A stretch of DNA of 64,000 nt from Sphyrna mokarran (taxonomy: Eukaryota). The stretch spans positions 9,300,001 to 9,364,000 of the forward strand of contig JAGIQG010000016.1 in the NCBI GenBank assembly GCA_024679065.1. Reading direction: 5' to 3'. Under the pieces are notes generated by a model that saw only the letters and a program-made list of their open reading frames with translations, did no database searches and had not been told where the DNA came from. A program made the position numbers and the translations under genes. This document shows, piece by piece, positions 26,441 through 39,452 of the stretch (position 1 is its first letter; the number at the start of each line of letters is the position of its first letter).

Positions 26441-28839
26441 TGTAGTAACAAAGTCACAAATTCAATTTTTTAACTGTGTGGATATAAGTGATTCAAACTT
26501 AATTAATAGGTAGAGATAGTGAAATGTTTGCATTACTGTCAGAGGATGCATTAGCCAGATGTAAAGAGATGGAAAAAAAAACGCTTGAGGCGCATATTTA
26601 CTTGTGTTCGAAACCAATAGACAATTTTCAAGATATCTAAGAAAAGAACCGGTCAAACTTATACCGATTTGAAACCATAAAACAGAATGATTGCCATAGG
26701 TGGATGAGGGCTCTGAAAATTACCACAGACATTTGAACCACCTAGAAATATCGTTCCCTTGGTGGAGTTGAAGAGGAGGAAAAAACCATGTGGATGAGAA
26801 TGTTGAAGTTCAATTGTAAGGAACGTTTTTTTTTCTGACATGGTTGGAACTAACAAAAACAGGTAGAAGTCCATGCGGATCTTTTTTTCTCTCTCTCGGG
26901 ACTTGGCAGAGTTACAAAGCATTTAAAATAGATGCATCAGAAAACATGCACGTAAGAACAATCTGGGTGAACAATGTGAATGTTTATTCGCTTAACATAG
27001 CTTGTTAAGAATCCATAACTTGCAAAGCACTAACATGATTTTTACTGTTGTTCAATATTCGTTCACACATCGTCACTTCACACGGCAGTAGGTTTGCTGA
27101 TCGCACATAGCAACATATGTTAAAAGACCAATACTTTAGCGATCAACTTTGATCGTCTCCTATATCTTCCGCATCAGCAAAATAAATACTCTCCATATGA
27201 ACTTCTGGAACCTCCTGGATAACTTTTATTTTATTTTTATTTCATCCCGTGCTTCTGAATCGGCAGGCTCCCACATTCCTTAACCTTGAGTCGACTTCTA
27301 CTCCGTTAATTAAGAAATGCGATTTGAAAGGCACAAAGTTCTGCCTCTCCGGAAATTACTATGGCACCGACAATGTCATATTTGATTTTTTTAATCATGC
27401 CGAATCTCGCGTTACTCTTCATTTTGTTTGTGAAAAAATATCAAAAAAATAATAAATGCCTCCTGAGCAGTTTAGTCTGAGCATTAGTAATTAGTATGAA
27501 TTCTCTGCTGAATCAAAAATTTTAGTCACATATTCATCCAAAAATGCATCTTAATTTATCCTCGTTCGGGAGAAAGTTTATAGTTTATGCTGACATTGAG
27601 AGGTTATGATCAACAATGTAGCCATATTCCTTCTTCCCTGCACCAACTGAATCTGAATAATATGGAGTGCTACGTCAAAATGAAAGACGAATTTGTCAAT
27701 TGAGGTCAAATCTTATTTGAAGGATATCATGTGTTTTCTACATCGCAAATAGACATCCGCATGTAACCTGAAGCTCAGCTGCGTGAATATTGTTGGTGTT
27801 CACATCTAGTATCTACGCAAAATGTTAGTGACTTGAATCTAGTTTCAAATATCCATCGACATCCAAGTTCGATTGTATTCCGTGTCGAAGTACAATCATT
27901 TTGACATTGTGACATCGTGACATTTAGTAAGTTCTACGTGGTAATAAACACATTGAAGGCGTTCACTTTGGTTTGTATTAACGAGAGAGATTGCAAAGAA
28001 ATGTAACTGCAATTTGAAACTCTTTTTGATCCTAAATACCAAAAGCTCATGTCAAGGAATGATCCAATTTCTAACAGGGATATCCACCCTACTAGCATTA
28101 ATTTTCCTCGAAAAAAAAGTGTTCCTTCTTGATCTTGAACAGTATCAACGGCACAGAAGAATGGCAATGTTAATTAGCTGTGAAACTGGAATTTTTTAAT
28201 ACATTTACTTTTGAGGCAGGAACTTTCCATTTCCCGACAGAGGTAAAATCAAAACTTAGCTATTGATTGGCAATAATGCACTTCCTGTTTGATTAAAGCT
28301 AATTCAAACCAATGCATCTGGCATGCAATCACGTTCTGGGGCTCTCCGACCCAAAAGCTCCATTTCATGGAAATGAAACAATATTTGATGAGCTTTGCAA
28401 TTTATGCACCCCGATCCACGCTGCATCTTTTCCATAAATTATATCAAAGCTTTTGCACTCTACGCTTAGTCGTAGCCGTGAAAATGAGGTAGGCTATTGC
28501 AGAAAAGCAGAGCGAACAAAATTTTACCGAAAATATGTTGTTAGTTTATATCCACAATTTTATCCCGTTTTATAATTGATTAGCTTGCATTATTTAATTT
28601 AATATCAATTATGTTCTATGTTTCAACGTTTCAGCATTACTTGGAATTCACAAAAAGACGCAAAAAAAAACCCTTGACTGCACCAGCTTAGCGAAGATAA
28701 GATAGTAAACATATCACTATTACTGAGCGCATGATACAGCAAATGTTACCAGCATTTTGTCAGTTCTACCTGAGATGCACAAGGGCAGATGGCATTAATA
28801 CTGCTTTATTAATCAAAATACACAACTAATGTTAGTGAC

Positions 28840-29340
28840 AACGAAACAGAAATAAACATCTGGTTCACTAATGACCTTTAGACATGGAAATCTGTGTCCT
28901 TACCTGGTAGCCAGAACCACGGCATAAAACATGATTCTCATTTGCCCTCTGAAATGGCCAAGCAAGCCGCTCAGTTGTACCAATTAGTAAAGCTGACGGA
29001 ACAGGACGGACAACCTGTCATTCTCCAAGGAACCGGCAAATTCCGTAGCAAAACAACTATCTCTATAGAATGTGTACATTCTCCTTGCTCACATCTGTGA
29101 GCTACTGCCAAAACTCGGAGGCTCTCTCACAGGGCATACAATCAAAAACCGGATATTGTAAATCTCAAGGAATTGTATCTTAAAAATTACACCACAGGCA
29201 CCACTAGCACCATGAACTGATATGTCCTGTCCCATCGGAAAATATGTAGTCATAGTGGAATACTGTCGAATAGAGTTGCTGTGGGAGTACTCAATATTAG
29301 CTTCATATGACATGAAGTGTCAATGGTTCAAGTTACCATT
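28840..29340 (+). mobile_element. 5' region of second LINE family (or its partner SINE)
   Basis: CTGGTTCACTAATGACCTTTAG..GGAAATCTG..TCCTTACCTGG...GCCCTCTGAAATGGCCAAGCAAGCCGCTCAGTTG; homologous to 37270-37900. Confidence 0.6.
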
Positions 29341-31180
29341 TGAAAAGGTAACATCTTACTCATTCGGACACACTGCCCTCCGTCTGCTTTTGAATCACTA
29401 TGCCTTGATTTTGAACAACAGGTGGAAGAAGCACTAGGCGTTCCAACAAATTATTATAGCCAACATTCCTTAGCATGGCATTATGACATGTAATGACGAA
29501 CAATTAAACAATTTACATTGCGACATTACAATCGAGAGACTAAAGAAATCAGATTCATTGCACAGGGATTTCGAAAATTAGAACCATCGGCCTTTTTAGC
29601 CCCTTCACCAATCATTGCAGTGTTTGAAACGATGAGTACTGAAACAATGAAATGCACAGAAATATGGCCATTCAGAAACGCATGCGTTGATGCTTATAAA
29701 CAGCAATCCATTTTTTTTTAGTGACTGGCGAGTTCTACAAACCACTATTCTGCCAGGTCGGATCGTCCAGACTTTCAACAGTTTGCCAGAAACCTTTCTA
29801 GGTCATGCAAGCCCCACGCCAAGTTAAATTCATACGGTTATTACAATTGGAGAAAAAAATAATCTGGCTGTTCTTACTCCTCGAAGTATAATTGCTATCG
29901 GTTTATGCTCGCTATGCTTGTATATCGAAATATTAAACAGGATAATGATAGAAGTTTTTTTTTTAATTACCCACGAAATTTGCTGATTTTTGCAACGATT
30001 AATAATCATATTTTTCGTTTCTCCACGTCTACTAACTTCGAGGCAATGAACTGAGAGTAAGGCAAAATGTAATGTTTTTCTTTGAAAATAAACAATTTTT
30101 AAAAAATGTTCTTTTTTTAGACTGTTCTGGTTCAATTAAAATATTGCATGGATCACTTCAATGTAATTTCCCCGTTTTCACGATTTAAAATAGTATATTG
30201 TGATCAAAAGTTCGCAAAATTTGTGTTCCACTCTTATTTCTTGAGCTTGCAATGTGCTTTTAAGGAAAATCTCAAATCGAATATCTTATGGCACACAAGT
30301 GAAATAGCGGATTCGTGGTATTGATGCACTATCTGTTTTGCACCCTGAAAAGTAATACCAAATTAAAGTTATTTTTAACATAAAACTGGTTTTGAAGGCG
30401 CACCATATCTCAAAGTGAATAAAACAATGCTATATGAAATATATTACTTCATTGCCAGTTCGGTGAAATTCAAATAACACTAGTAAGTGATACAGCCTGC
30501 GGCGAATATATAAACTCGCAAATGAAATAAAATGAATAAATTTAAAGCCATTTTTAATTTCCTGGAATTAGCCGTGCCTAACAGTAATAGCGTGGTACTT
30601 CCAATATAGATATCCTCTGAAGTTCTGCTAAAATTCTAAATAATAAACAAATGCTATCAAATGCGCAGATGCAAAAAAAAAAGACTCATAATGAATACAA
30701 TTCCGAGTTTACTAGTTTTCTTCTAAAGAGTGGAGATATCAGCTGAGAGATATAATTGTTTTAAGTGACACCATACTCAGGCGGTAGTTACGCATTTTCT
30801 AGTGGAATCAACGGTTCATCATAAATGTTAAACGTTTTAAAAATAGTCAATTCGAGATGTCTCAACTCCTTGTAGATATAAATCATGTACTAGCTGTGTT
30901 CCATTATTGTTGTTATCCAGGTTGATGTGAAGCCTTGAATTCCGAGCTTACACTCTTCCAATTTCTTCTATGAGGGGTGGTGTGTGTTCAAGATGCATAT
31001 GAATCGTCGCAAGAACTGCTGCCAACAAGTTTTCAAAGGATCCACTCTGTACTAATTTGATATTTCGTCAGGTCCCAGGTATGTCTATGCAATGTAACGT
31101 GCTATTTCATCGTTCTATCCCGTATATTTGAGGAATGGTACATATTATCTGAATTGAACACAAGAAACAATATGTTTCAT

Positions 31181-31922
31181 AGGAACAATAAATGTGTAGA
31201 GTATAGGCCTAATGGTAGGGCTCTTAATAGTGTTGAGGAACAGAAGGTGTATGTGTCAATAGATCCCTGAAAGTAGGCAGTCAAGTGGATAAAGTTGTTA
31301 AGAAGGCATATGGAGTCTTAGCTTTTATTGGTAGGGGGATTGAATTTAGGAGCCGCAGCATCATGCTGCAACTGTACAAAACTCTAGTGCGGCCGCACTT
31401 GGAGTATTGTGTGCAGTTCTGGTCCCCACATTATAAGAAAGATGTGGAGGCATTGGAGAGGGTACAGAGGAGGTTTACCAGGATGTTGCCTGGTATGGAG
31501 GGCAGGTCCTATGAAGAGAGGCTGAGGGATTTGAGGTTGTTTTCGTTAGAAAGGAGGCGGCTAAGAGGGGACCTTATCGAAACATATAAGATGATTAGAG
31601 GTTTAGATAGGGTGGACAGTGATAGCCTTTTTCCTAGGATGGAGAAAGCTAGCACGAGGGGACACAGCTTTAAATTAAGGGGTATGAGTTATAGGACGGA
31701 TATCAGAGGTAGGTTCTTTACTCAAAGAGTGATTAGGGAGTGGAATGCCCTGCCTGCAGCTGTTGTAGATGCGCCAAGTTTGGTCGCGTTTAAGAGGTTA
31801 ATTGATAAGTAAATGGAAGAGAAGGGAATGGTTTAGTTTGGAGGGGCATTGCTTTTTATTTTGGTCGGCACAACATCGAAGGCCGAAGGGCCTGTTCTGT
31901 GCTGTAATGTTCTATGCTCTAT
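31181..31922 (+). mobile_element. Young 5'-truncated CR1 LINE, copy B (ORF2 C-terminus 31285-31812 open)
   Basis: LYKTLVRPHLEYCVQFWSP...RRLRGDLIETYK...FFTQRVIREWNALP; tail GTAATGTTCTATGCTCTAT. Confidence 0.95.
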
Positions 31923-32214
31923 ACATCAAATCAAAATCAACTCAAAACATACGTCTCATAATCTATTGCTGGCTGAGGAGACCCTAATGTTTAATTTTCC
32001 ATCAAAAATCATGGAAGAAAAAAAATCACAGGAATGGCTATTAAACTTTAACCACAAACAACTGCATATTATGTATGTAAATTCTGATAAGAAATCAATA
32101 CTCATTAGCATTTATTCTCAGTTGTGCACAAGTGTCAAAGCGAACACAACACTCTGCAACAAATTGAGCAATACCATGTGAACAATCTCCTATTAATTCT
32201 TATCAAACTCTACC

Positions 32215-33148
32215 TGTGGCGTTTTTGGATTTACAAAAAGCGTTTGATAAGGTGCCTCACAAAAGATTGCTGAAGAAGGTTAAGGTACAGGGGGACGGGG
32301 GTAGGGTGTTAGACAGGATAGAGGATTGGTTGTCCAATAGGAAGCAGAGGGTAGGTATTAATGGGTGCTATTCTGGTTGGCGGCTGGTGACTAGTAAAAA
32401 GCCACCAACTAGTGCCCCAAGGTTCAGTACTGGGGCCTCAAATGTTTACCATTTACATAGATGATCTGGAGGAAGAGGCAGAGTGCAGGGTGACGAAATT
32501 TGCTGATGACACGAAGATGAGTGGAAAAGCAAATTTCGTGGAAGGTGTGGAAAGCTTGAAGAGGGATGTGGATAGGTTGAGTGAGTGGGCGAGGACCTGG
32601 CAGATGGAGTATAATGTTAGCAAGTGTGAGTTTATCCAGTTTGGAAACAATAATAATAGGAAGGATTATTATTTAAATGGAGAAAATCTGCAGCATGCAA
32701 CGGTGCAGGGAGACCTGGGGGTCCTCATGCACGAATCGCAAAAAACACAGTATGGAGGTGCAGCAGGTGATTAAGAAGGCGAATGCAATGTTGGCCTTTA
32801 TAGGTAGGGGGATAAAATGTAAAAGTAGGGAGGTTGTTGAACAGCTGTATAGGATACTGTGAGGTGCAGCTGGAGTACTGCGTGCAGTTTTGGTCGCCAC
32901 ATTCGAGGAAAGACAAATTGGCCTTGTGGGTTGGGGTGGTTGATACCACTAGGCTGATACCGGAGATGAGGGCGTTGGATTATGAGGAGAGACTGAATAG
33001 GCTAGGTTTGTACTCTTTGGAGTCTAGAAGGCTGAGAGGGGATCTTATAGAGACGTATAAGATAAAGAAGGGGATGAATAAGGTAGAGGTCGAGAGACAC
33101 TTCCCGCTTAGCAAAGATAGCAGGACAGCCTCAAGATTAGGTGTGTGT

Positions 33149-33179
<31 letters not shown>

Positions 33180-33478
33180 GGGGGGGGGTGGGTGGTGGCG
33201 CTGTTCAGAACGGAGTTGTGGAGGGGTTTTCTACACGCAAGGGTGGTGAATCTTTAGCATTCTCTGCCTGATGAGGTGGTGGAGGTTTCCTCACTGAATA
33301 TGTTCAAGTCAAGATTGGATAGGTTTTTGATTGACAACTGAACTAAGGGTTATGGGGAGAAAGCGGGAAATGGTAGTGAACCACTACAGATCAGCCATGA
33401 TCTTATTGAATGGCGGGGCAGGCTCGAGGGGCTGTGTGGCCTACTCTTGTTTCTATTTTTTATGCTCTTATGTTCTTA
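32215..33478 (+). mobile_element. CR1 LINE of a second subfamily, 5'-truncated and frameshifted
   Basis: FLDLQKAFDKVPH, PQGSVLGP, KFADDTK, WQMEYN, LEYCVQFWSP, LRGDLIETYK in successive frames; tail CTTATGTTCTTAT. Confidence 0.93.
33140..33197. repeat. (GT)n followed by poly-G run inside the CR1
   Basis: Directly visible. Confidence 0.95.
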
Positions 33479-34249
33479 TTATCATTGCACGATTGTTCTC
33501 AATCACAACTCTCCAAAACAGCCAATCTTTTAAACAACCCTGTTCACAATGTGTTCACTCAGCTCTATTGCTCAAGCATTGGTTTCCACCTACTTAACCA
33601 TTAATTAAAATGAGGATTTCCTGTCCGTTTTAGCAAGTGCTGCCGTCCAATTGTTTCCCAATCATTCATGCTTCTTTTTCTATATGTGGCGTTGTTTTGT
33701 AGCTCTTCAAAACTTGTAAACCTTCCTTTTTTTTTTCCCAAGACAGTACATAATCTATTTCCCCCCAAAACTCAATTTTACTGCACCACTCTCCCTGTTA
33801 CTTCTGATTTCTGGATTTTCTCCAAACGACTTCCTCCAATCTCATCCTTCCAGCTCTGGTTTGAACTTCACCAACGTAAACTAATTCGTCGTTAGCTGTT
33901 TATTTCATTCCAGTAACTTCAGATTTCATAGATTCGTATTTATTTCCCCATAGTTTCCTTATCTGGCTGTAACTTATGCTTCTGACAATTGTTTCCTTGC
34001 CGTAAATCAAAGCAAGACGTTACTTCTCCCAAAACCCAATGGGATGCCCCTTTTGTCTGGAAAAGTCCATCTGCTATATAATTCTGTTTTATTTTCCTGT
34101 ACTTCTTTTTTTTTTTGCCGCAAAGTGGTTTCTGAAACCCATCTATTGTTCCCAGTCTCTGATTTATTTATACATCATGAATTCTCTACAACATAAACGT
34201 AACGTGTTTCGAAATTAAAACTCCATACACCTGCAATATGATGGATTAC

Positions 34250-34500
34250 AAAGAATATAAGAACTTTCAAAGTAGAATCAGGACAAAACCAGTTGGCTCC
34301 TCGAACCTCCTCGTCATTCAGTAAAATCATGGCTGATATGTTCGTGGACAGAGCTTCGCTTATCCGGCTGGCCATTATAATCCTTATTTACATTATTGTT
34401 CTCTTTAAAATCAAACATCCAACGAGGCAGTTTACTCCACAGATCCAAAACACTTTGGTGAAGAAGTTTCTCCTCACCGGAGCTCGAAAATAATTCTCCT
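34250..34500 (-). mobile_element. Old CR1 3'UTR fragment related to 32215-33478
   Basis: ATAAGAAC tail, CCTCGAACCTCCTCGTCATTCAGTAAAATCATGGCTGAT, reverse homologue of ~33390-33478. Confidence 0.68.
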
Positions 34501-34553
34501 TGTTGGGGGTGGGGGGAGGGAAACGCCCCGAAGATAACTTTCCATTTGCCAGT

Positions 34554-34720
34554 GAACATAGAATATAGAGCTTAGAACATTACAGCGCAGAACAGGCCCT
34601 TCGGCCTTTGATTTTGCACCGACCAATTAAAAAAAAAACAATGACCTTCTAACCTAAAACATTTCCTTTTCATCCATAAACTTATCTACCAACCTCTTAA
34701 ACGCCACCAAACTTGGCGCA
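34554..34720 (-). mobile_element. Young CR1 3'UTR-only copy C
   Basis: AACATAGAATATAGAGCTTAGAACATTACAGCGCAGAACAGGCCCTTCGGCC...AAACTTGGCGCA; matches ~2845-3002. Confidence 0.93.
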
Positions 34721-37269
34721 GTGGAAACAGATTCTCTGTTTCTATCTTGTCTTTTACATGAAACGAATGGCGATATGCATGTTCATGCATAAAAAAAAAC
34801 ACAACATCAATCCCAATTTAATCCAGAACATGTTGAAAATTACAAATACTGCTATTTAAACTGCATTTGCTTCATGAGAATTAAATGACTTTTTTTTTAT
34901 ATACCACTTGTTATGCTTATATGATGATGGACTTATCGGCCAGTGCACATACAACACAATTTAGGACCTACACCGATACCGCCGAACTCGCAGCGAAGAT
35001 GCCAGATTTCTAGCAACAATGTTATTTGCGGGAATTATAGACAATAATTAAATCATATTTGCAATTAACGTAACGAGGAATTGCACCAGTCAAAGGCTGT
35101 AATGTGGAACTATTAAACACAATGATGATAACTTTGGATAAGTGGTAAGGCACTTCATGAAAAAATGCCTTCATTCGGAGGAAATACTCATCCACATTCA
35201 GATCAGTATTTTTTGACCATTAACAAAAACCTTGTTTGATGGTGCATATCTGAATCTGCACCAGCTGAAACAATGTTTCAATAATTTGCGATAGAAACAG
35301 CCCTATCTCTACTGCTACAGTGTTCATCGAGATGAAGCGAGGTTTCATAACTTAATTCTTTTTTTAATCAAAAACGTATGTAAATCAAATCGGTATTGAT
35401 GGCAGTTGCATCCATTGCAGTCTTATGGAAGATGTGCAAAGCCACAGTGCAAAAGTCCTCAGTCTACTTAAAACGATCATTTCACTGCAGTTATTAATCA
35501 ATGGGTTAGTTCGGAAATACATTATTGTGGCAAGCCTCTGATCATCCAATTCGTGTACTGTTATTAAGATGCCAGGATCATTGAATGGAGTATGTTTGCC
35601 AGGTCCAGAAAGTTCATTCCATCATCCATGCCATCTCAAAAGTCATCAATTTTCTTCATATTTGGATGCCATATACTGATCATGTTGTTTCTACCTAATT
35701 CCAAATCTTGCATTTCCGCCCTCAGCTAGTTGCAATTAAATTAAAATGCAATAAGAATGCTAGAACAGTTGAAAGATTCAACGAATTTGATAATCTGATG
35801 TCACGATTGTTCCAATGTTATTACTCCGTGTCTAAACACAAACTATATAAATTATTGATGCATGCCGCCGCTTCCGACTTGCTATTGGGTTCTATGCAGT
35901 GTATGGAATTCAATGAAATATGACCTGATTTAGACGTTGTAACTTCTGGTGGGTTATAATTCCGATATCAGAAAACTGCATAGTCAAATTCAAAATATTT
36001 GTGTATTGCTTTAGCTCACTATCGTCCACAATTCCACGTGGTTTGAAGAAAACTTTCGAGGATACTTTTGTTGCGTTTTCCTATTTGCACGAGTTTAATA
36101 AAGATGTTAAGTGAAATCTTATTTAAGTAGCCTCTTTTCAATTTAAATGGATCTTAATCTTCATCAGAACGTGAACTTAAATCGTCCTCATATCTGATAA
36201 AATCTTTGATAAAAGGATACCCGGTATGAAACCTTGAGTTCAGACTCAATTGTAATATTTGCTCTCTGAATTGTTTTTTGTTTTCATTTCTTATTTAGAA
36301 CTAACAGACGAACGAAAAAAATATGATGCTCTATTTTCCCACCGCATGATTTCCACAAGACTCGAAGCACAGCTCAAAATAAAGTAATAACGTGTTTTAT
36401 CAAACATTAAGCAGTCATTGTCTGCCTTGGAGATGTGTAGAGGCCAGAGCAGAGATTGCTGTTCCGCCTGCATTCGACTTGACAGCTAAATACCTCAAAT
36501 TATTCACAGATATTCAAAATGCTCAAATAATTATTTCTGCTGCAAAATTGGTGCAGGTATCTCGATGTCAAGAAATATGACAGAAAAATGTGTGTTTCTT
36601 CATAAAATCACCTTTCTACTGCTGACACCGTCTGTAAATCGGATAAACCGCTGAACAGTGGGTACAACTTGCATACAACTGTCCATAACAGTGCATATCC
36701 TTTATACTACCACTCAGATGGCTGCATTGTGGTACAAAATGAATAATGTGGGCCTGCTATATTGCATTTTTTGAGTTCATCTGAAAACAAGGACCTTGAT
36801 ATAAACAATAATGGCATCTTGGTACTGCATTCAACGATGCATGATTTCGTCGTAAATTCCCAATTAACCAGTCAAATTATTTCGTTAAAAAAAGATAATT
36901 CGCTTCAGACGATGCAACTGTTTCTGTTCCAAGAACATTCGCTGGCCATTATCAAATTTACTTCAGAACGATTAAGTGAATTGTCTTGGTAAACGCTGCC
37001 ATACTTGCAGTTAAGGCACATCCACTATGCTATGAGGGAGCTGTTAGTGCTATTACGAAGGTTTGGAGATCTTCGAATGTGCGATAGTGAAAGTACAGTG
37101 ATATATTAGAGGAGGAGGTCGCTGATGTTTATTACCATAGGGCAAATGATAATTCAGGGCAGATCGAAAATCACCAGAAAATAAAGTTATCTGCAATTAA
37201 TAGCCTGATAAATATCATGTCATCATTGTCTATGTTCGAATATTGTCAAAATTGCATTAAGTTTCCGCC

Positions 37270-37900
37270 TTTAGAAAAGGAAACCTGCCGTCCTTACCGT
37301 GTTCAATCTTCAATATGCGGTACGCTCCAGACCCTAAGCAATACAGTTGATACCTAAATGCGTTCGCAAATATCCTAGCAAGCACTCAGTTATATTGCAT
37401 CACAAGCAAGAGAGTATCACCCAACCTCTCCAGGCAGTGGAAACTTTAAAATCAGCCTTGTCGAGCATGCTAATTACCCCGTGAGACTACTTGCAGGCTT
37501 GTGCAGAATAGCAAAACTACACCGACATGTAATCATAAATTATAGACAGCGTCCAGATGCAGAATCTTACATGACGGACATCGCCCTAGAACCCTTGATC
37601 TCATTTCTGGGTCGATCTCGTCTTAAACGCAGCAGAGCCGTAACTAGTTGGAATACAGCCGGGATAGAGTTGCTCGACAGTCGTCAATGTCGAACCCATG
37701 GAGATGCTTGAAATTAGATCCAAAATGGGCACGAACACCTCTTGTAGATTTCAATAATTATCTCACATTAGTCAGAAATGTTCCAAGTTGAACACCATTT
37801 CTATGAAATATTGAGGACGTCAAGGCACGGATTATACTGATTTGAGGGCTGAAGAATCGAATATCAAGAATGACTTAGTAATATCGCTAAGGATCGCAGT
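37270..37900 (+). mobile_element. 5'UTR and endonuclease start of second LINE family, decayed
   Basis: GGAAACCTGCCGTCCTTACC...CCTAGCAAGCACTCAGTT...CAGCCTTGTCGA...; same order as 28840-29340. Confidence 0.6.
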
Positions 37901-38271
37901 CATCCGAGGACATTACTGCCAGTTAGACATTGCAGCAGCTGGAGAAAGAAACAATCCCCGGTAAAAAAAAAACACATAGTTGAAACCACATCCGACAAGT
38001 GGCAAACATTTGTGTTTAAATACATATATTTCACGTGGGCAGCTTGTTATTCATTCTGAGATGTCATCCGGCAGAGAAAAACTTGTCCCAAAATGCGTTG
38101 CTTGCTTAGGAGAGTGTGCTTGTTCTTTATTCAAAGTCACAAATGCATCCGAGTCCTTCTAATGTTAATATATCTCTTTTATAAACATGACTTCCACGAC
38201 AGGAGAAACACTATTTTTTTTTTTTGCAATAGATTTTCTAACTAAGGAAAATTACGAGCAGCATTTTGACA

Positions 38272-38540
38272 GAGGTTTAGCACTGCGGCCCTTCAGTGCC
38301 TGGGACATGGGTGCGATTCCCCGCTTGGTTCACTGCCTGTGTGTGGTTTACACATTCACCGCGTGTCTCCGTGAGTCCTCCGATATCCTCCCATGCTTCA
38401 AAGATTTGCAGGTTTGGTGAATTGGCCAGATGAACTTTCCCTCATTGTAACTGAATAGGCGCAATTGTGTGGCGATTAGGGGATTTGCACACTAGCATAA
38501 TGATCGTGTTAATATACTAGTGCTTGTGACTACTAAATAT
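38272..38540 (+). mobile_element. Shark tRNA-derived SINE (same type as 848-1127)
   Basis: TTAGCACTGCGGCCCTTCAGTGCCTGGGACATGGGTGCGATTCC...GTGTGGCGATTAGGGGATTT...CTTGTGACTACTAAAT. Confidence 0.78.
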
Positions 38541-38711
38541 ACTTTTTTTTCAATTCCCAGCCAATTTCCATGAACAGTCAACAGCGAGCAAGTTCAATTA
38601 ATGCCGGTGCCGGTGACACACGAACGCAGTGATTAAGCGTGCCAGAGGTCTGTCTCGGATTTCAAGCTTGGGTGAATACTTTGTGATTCCAAACTGCCAA
38701 TATGTCTAAAG

Positions 38712-38930
38712 TATCTGTGTCAGGTGCTCCGGTTTCTTCCTACAGTGTAAAGTTATGCAGATCGGCAATGTAAAATTGCTTCGCACTAACCCAAGTGGTG
38801 TAGGATTCGTGCGGTTAAAGCGATAGGGCTGATGCGGTTCTGGATATGGTGATGTGCCGGACAGTTTGATCATGTTAATGTACAAATTGCCTTCTCCAGC
38901 ACTGCTGTGGCTTTGTGATTCTATGATGTT
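38712..38930 (+). mobile_element. HE1-like SINE, headless
   Basis: CAGGTGCTCCGGTTTCTTCCTACAGT core and CR1-type tail GCCTTCTCCAGCACTG...GATTCTATGAT. Confidence 0.65.
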
Positions 38931-39452
38931 CGAAATATCTCTATTGAGATCGAAAGTGTGCGTCAATTAAAATAAAACAACATAATTGTGCGATTATTCC
39001 AAAAATCGCTGTGAGAATGAAGACGAGTTTAGCTAATATACGGAGATAAATTAAGAAACCACCGCCAATATACAATGCTTATGTTAGTTTTCGTAAAGGT
39101 TGTTAATGCTCACATTAAAGTTTGTTTAATGTTAATAAATGATGAATCAAGGGACAGTGGAATTATCCTTGATAATTATTTGAACACACCATTCTGTCTC
39201 ACTGATCTACAAATGCACCGCACAAATATTATCCTGAAAACAAGGCGCCACAAACAATTCAATGGAAAGTTATGTGCAGAGACGTTCAGGGAGAGTCCAT
39301 TAGTCCATTTACATGGATGGAATAAGAAACCTGTAGTGATTGTGGAGGCGTACTATGCTTTGAGGCATGTCCTCTATTGAAACGTTGGTTCTTATTTTTT
39401 ATTCAATTTCAATTGAAATGGAAATCGTTCAAAGAATACAAACAAGTTATAA

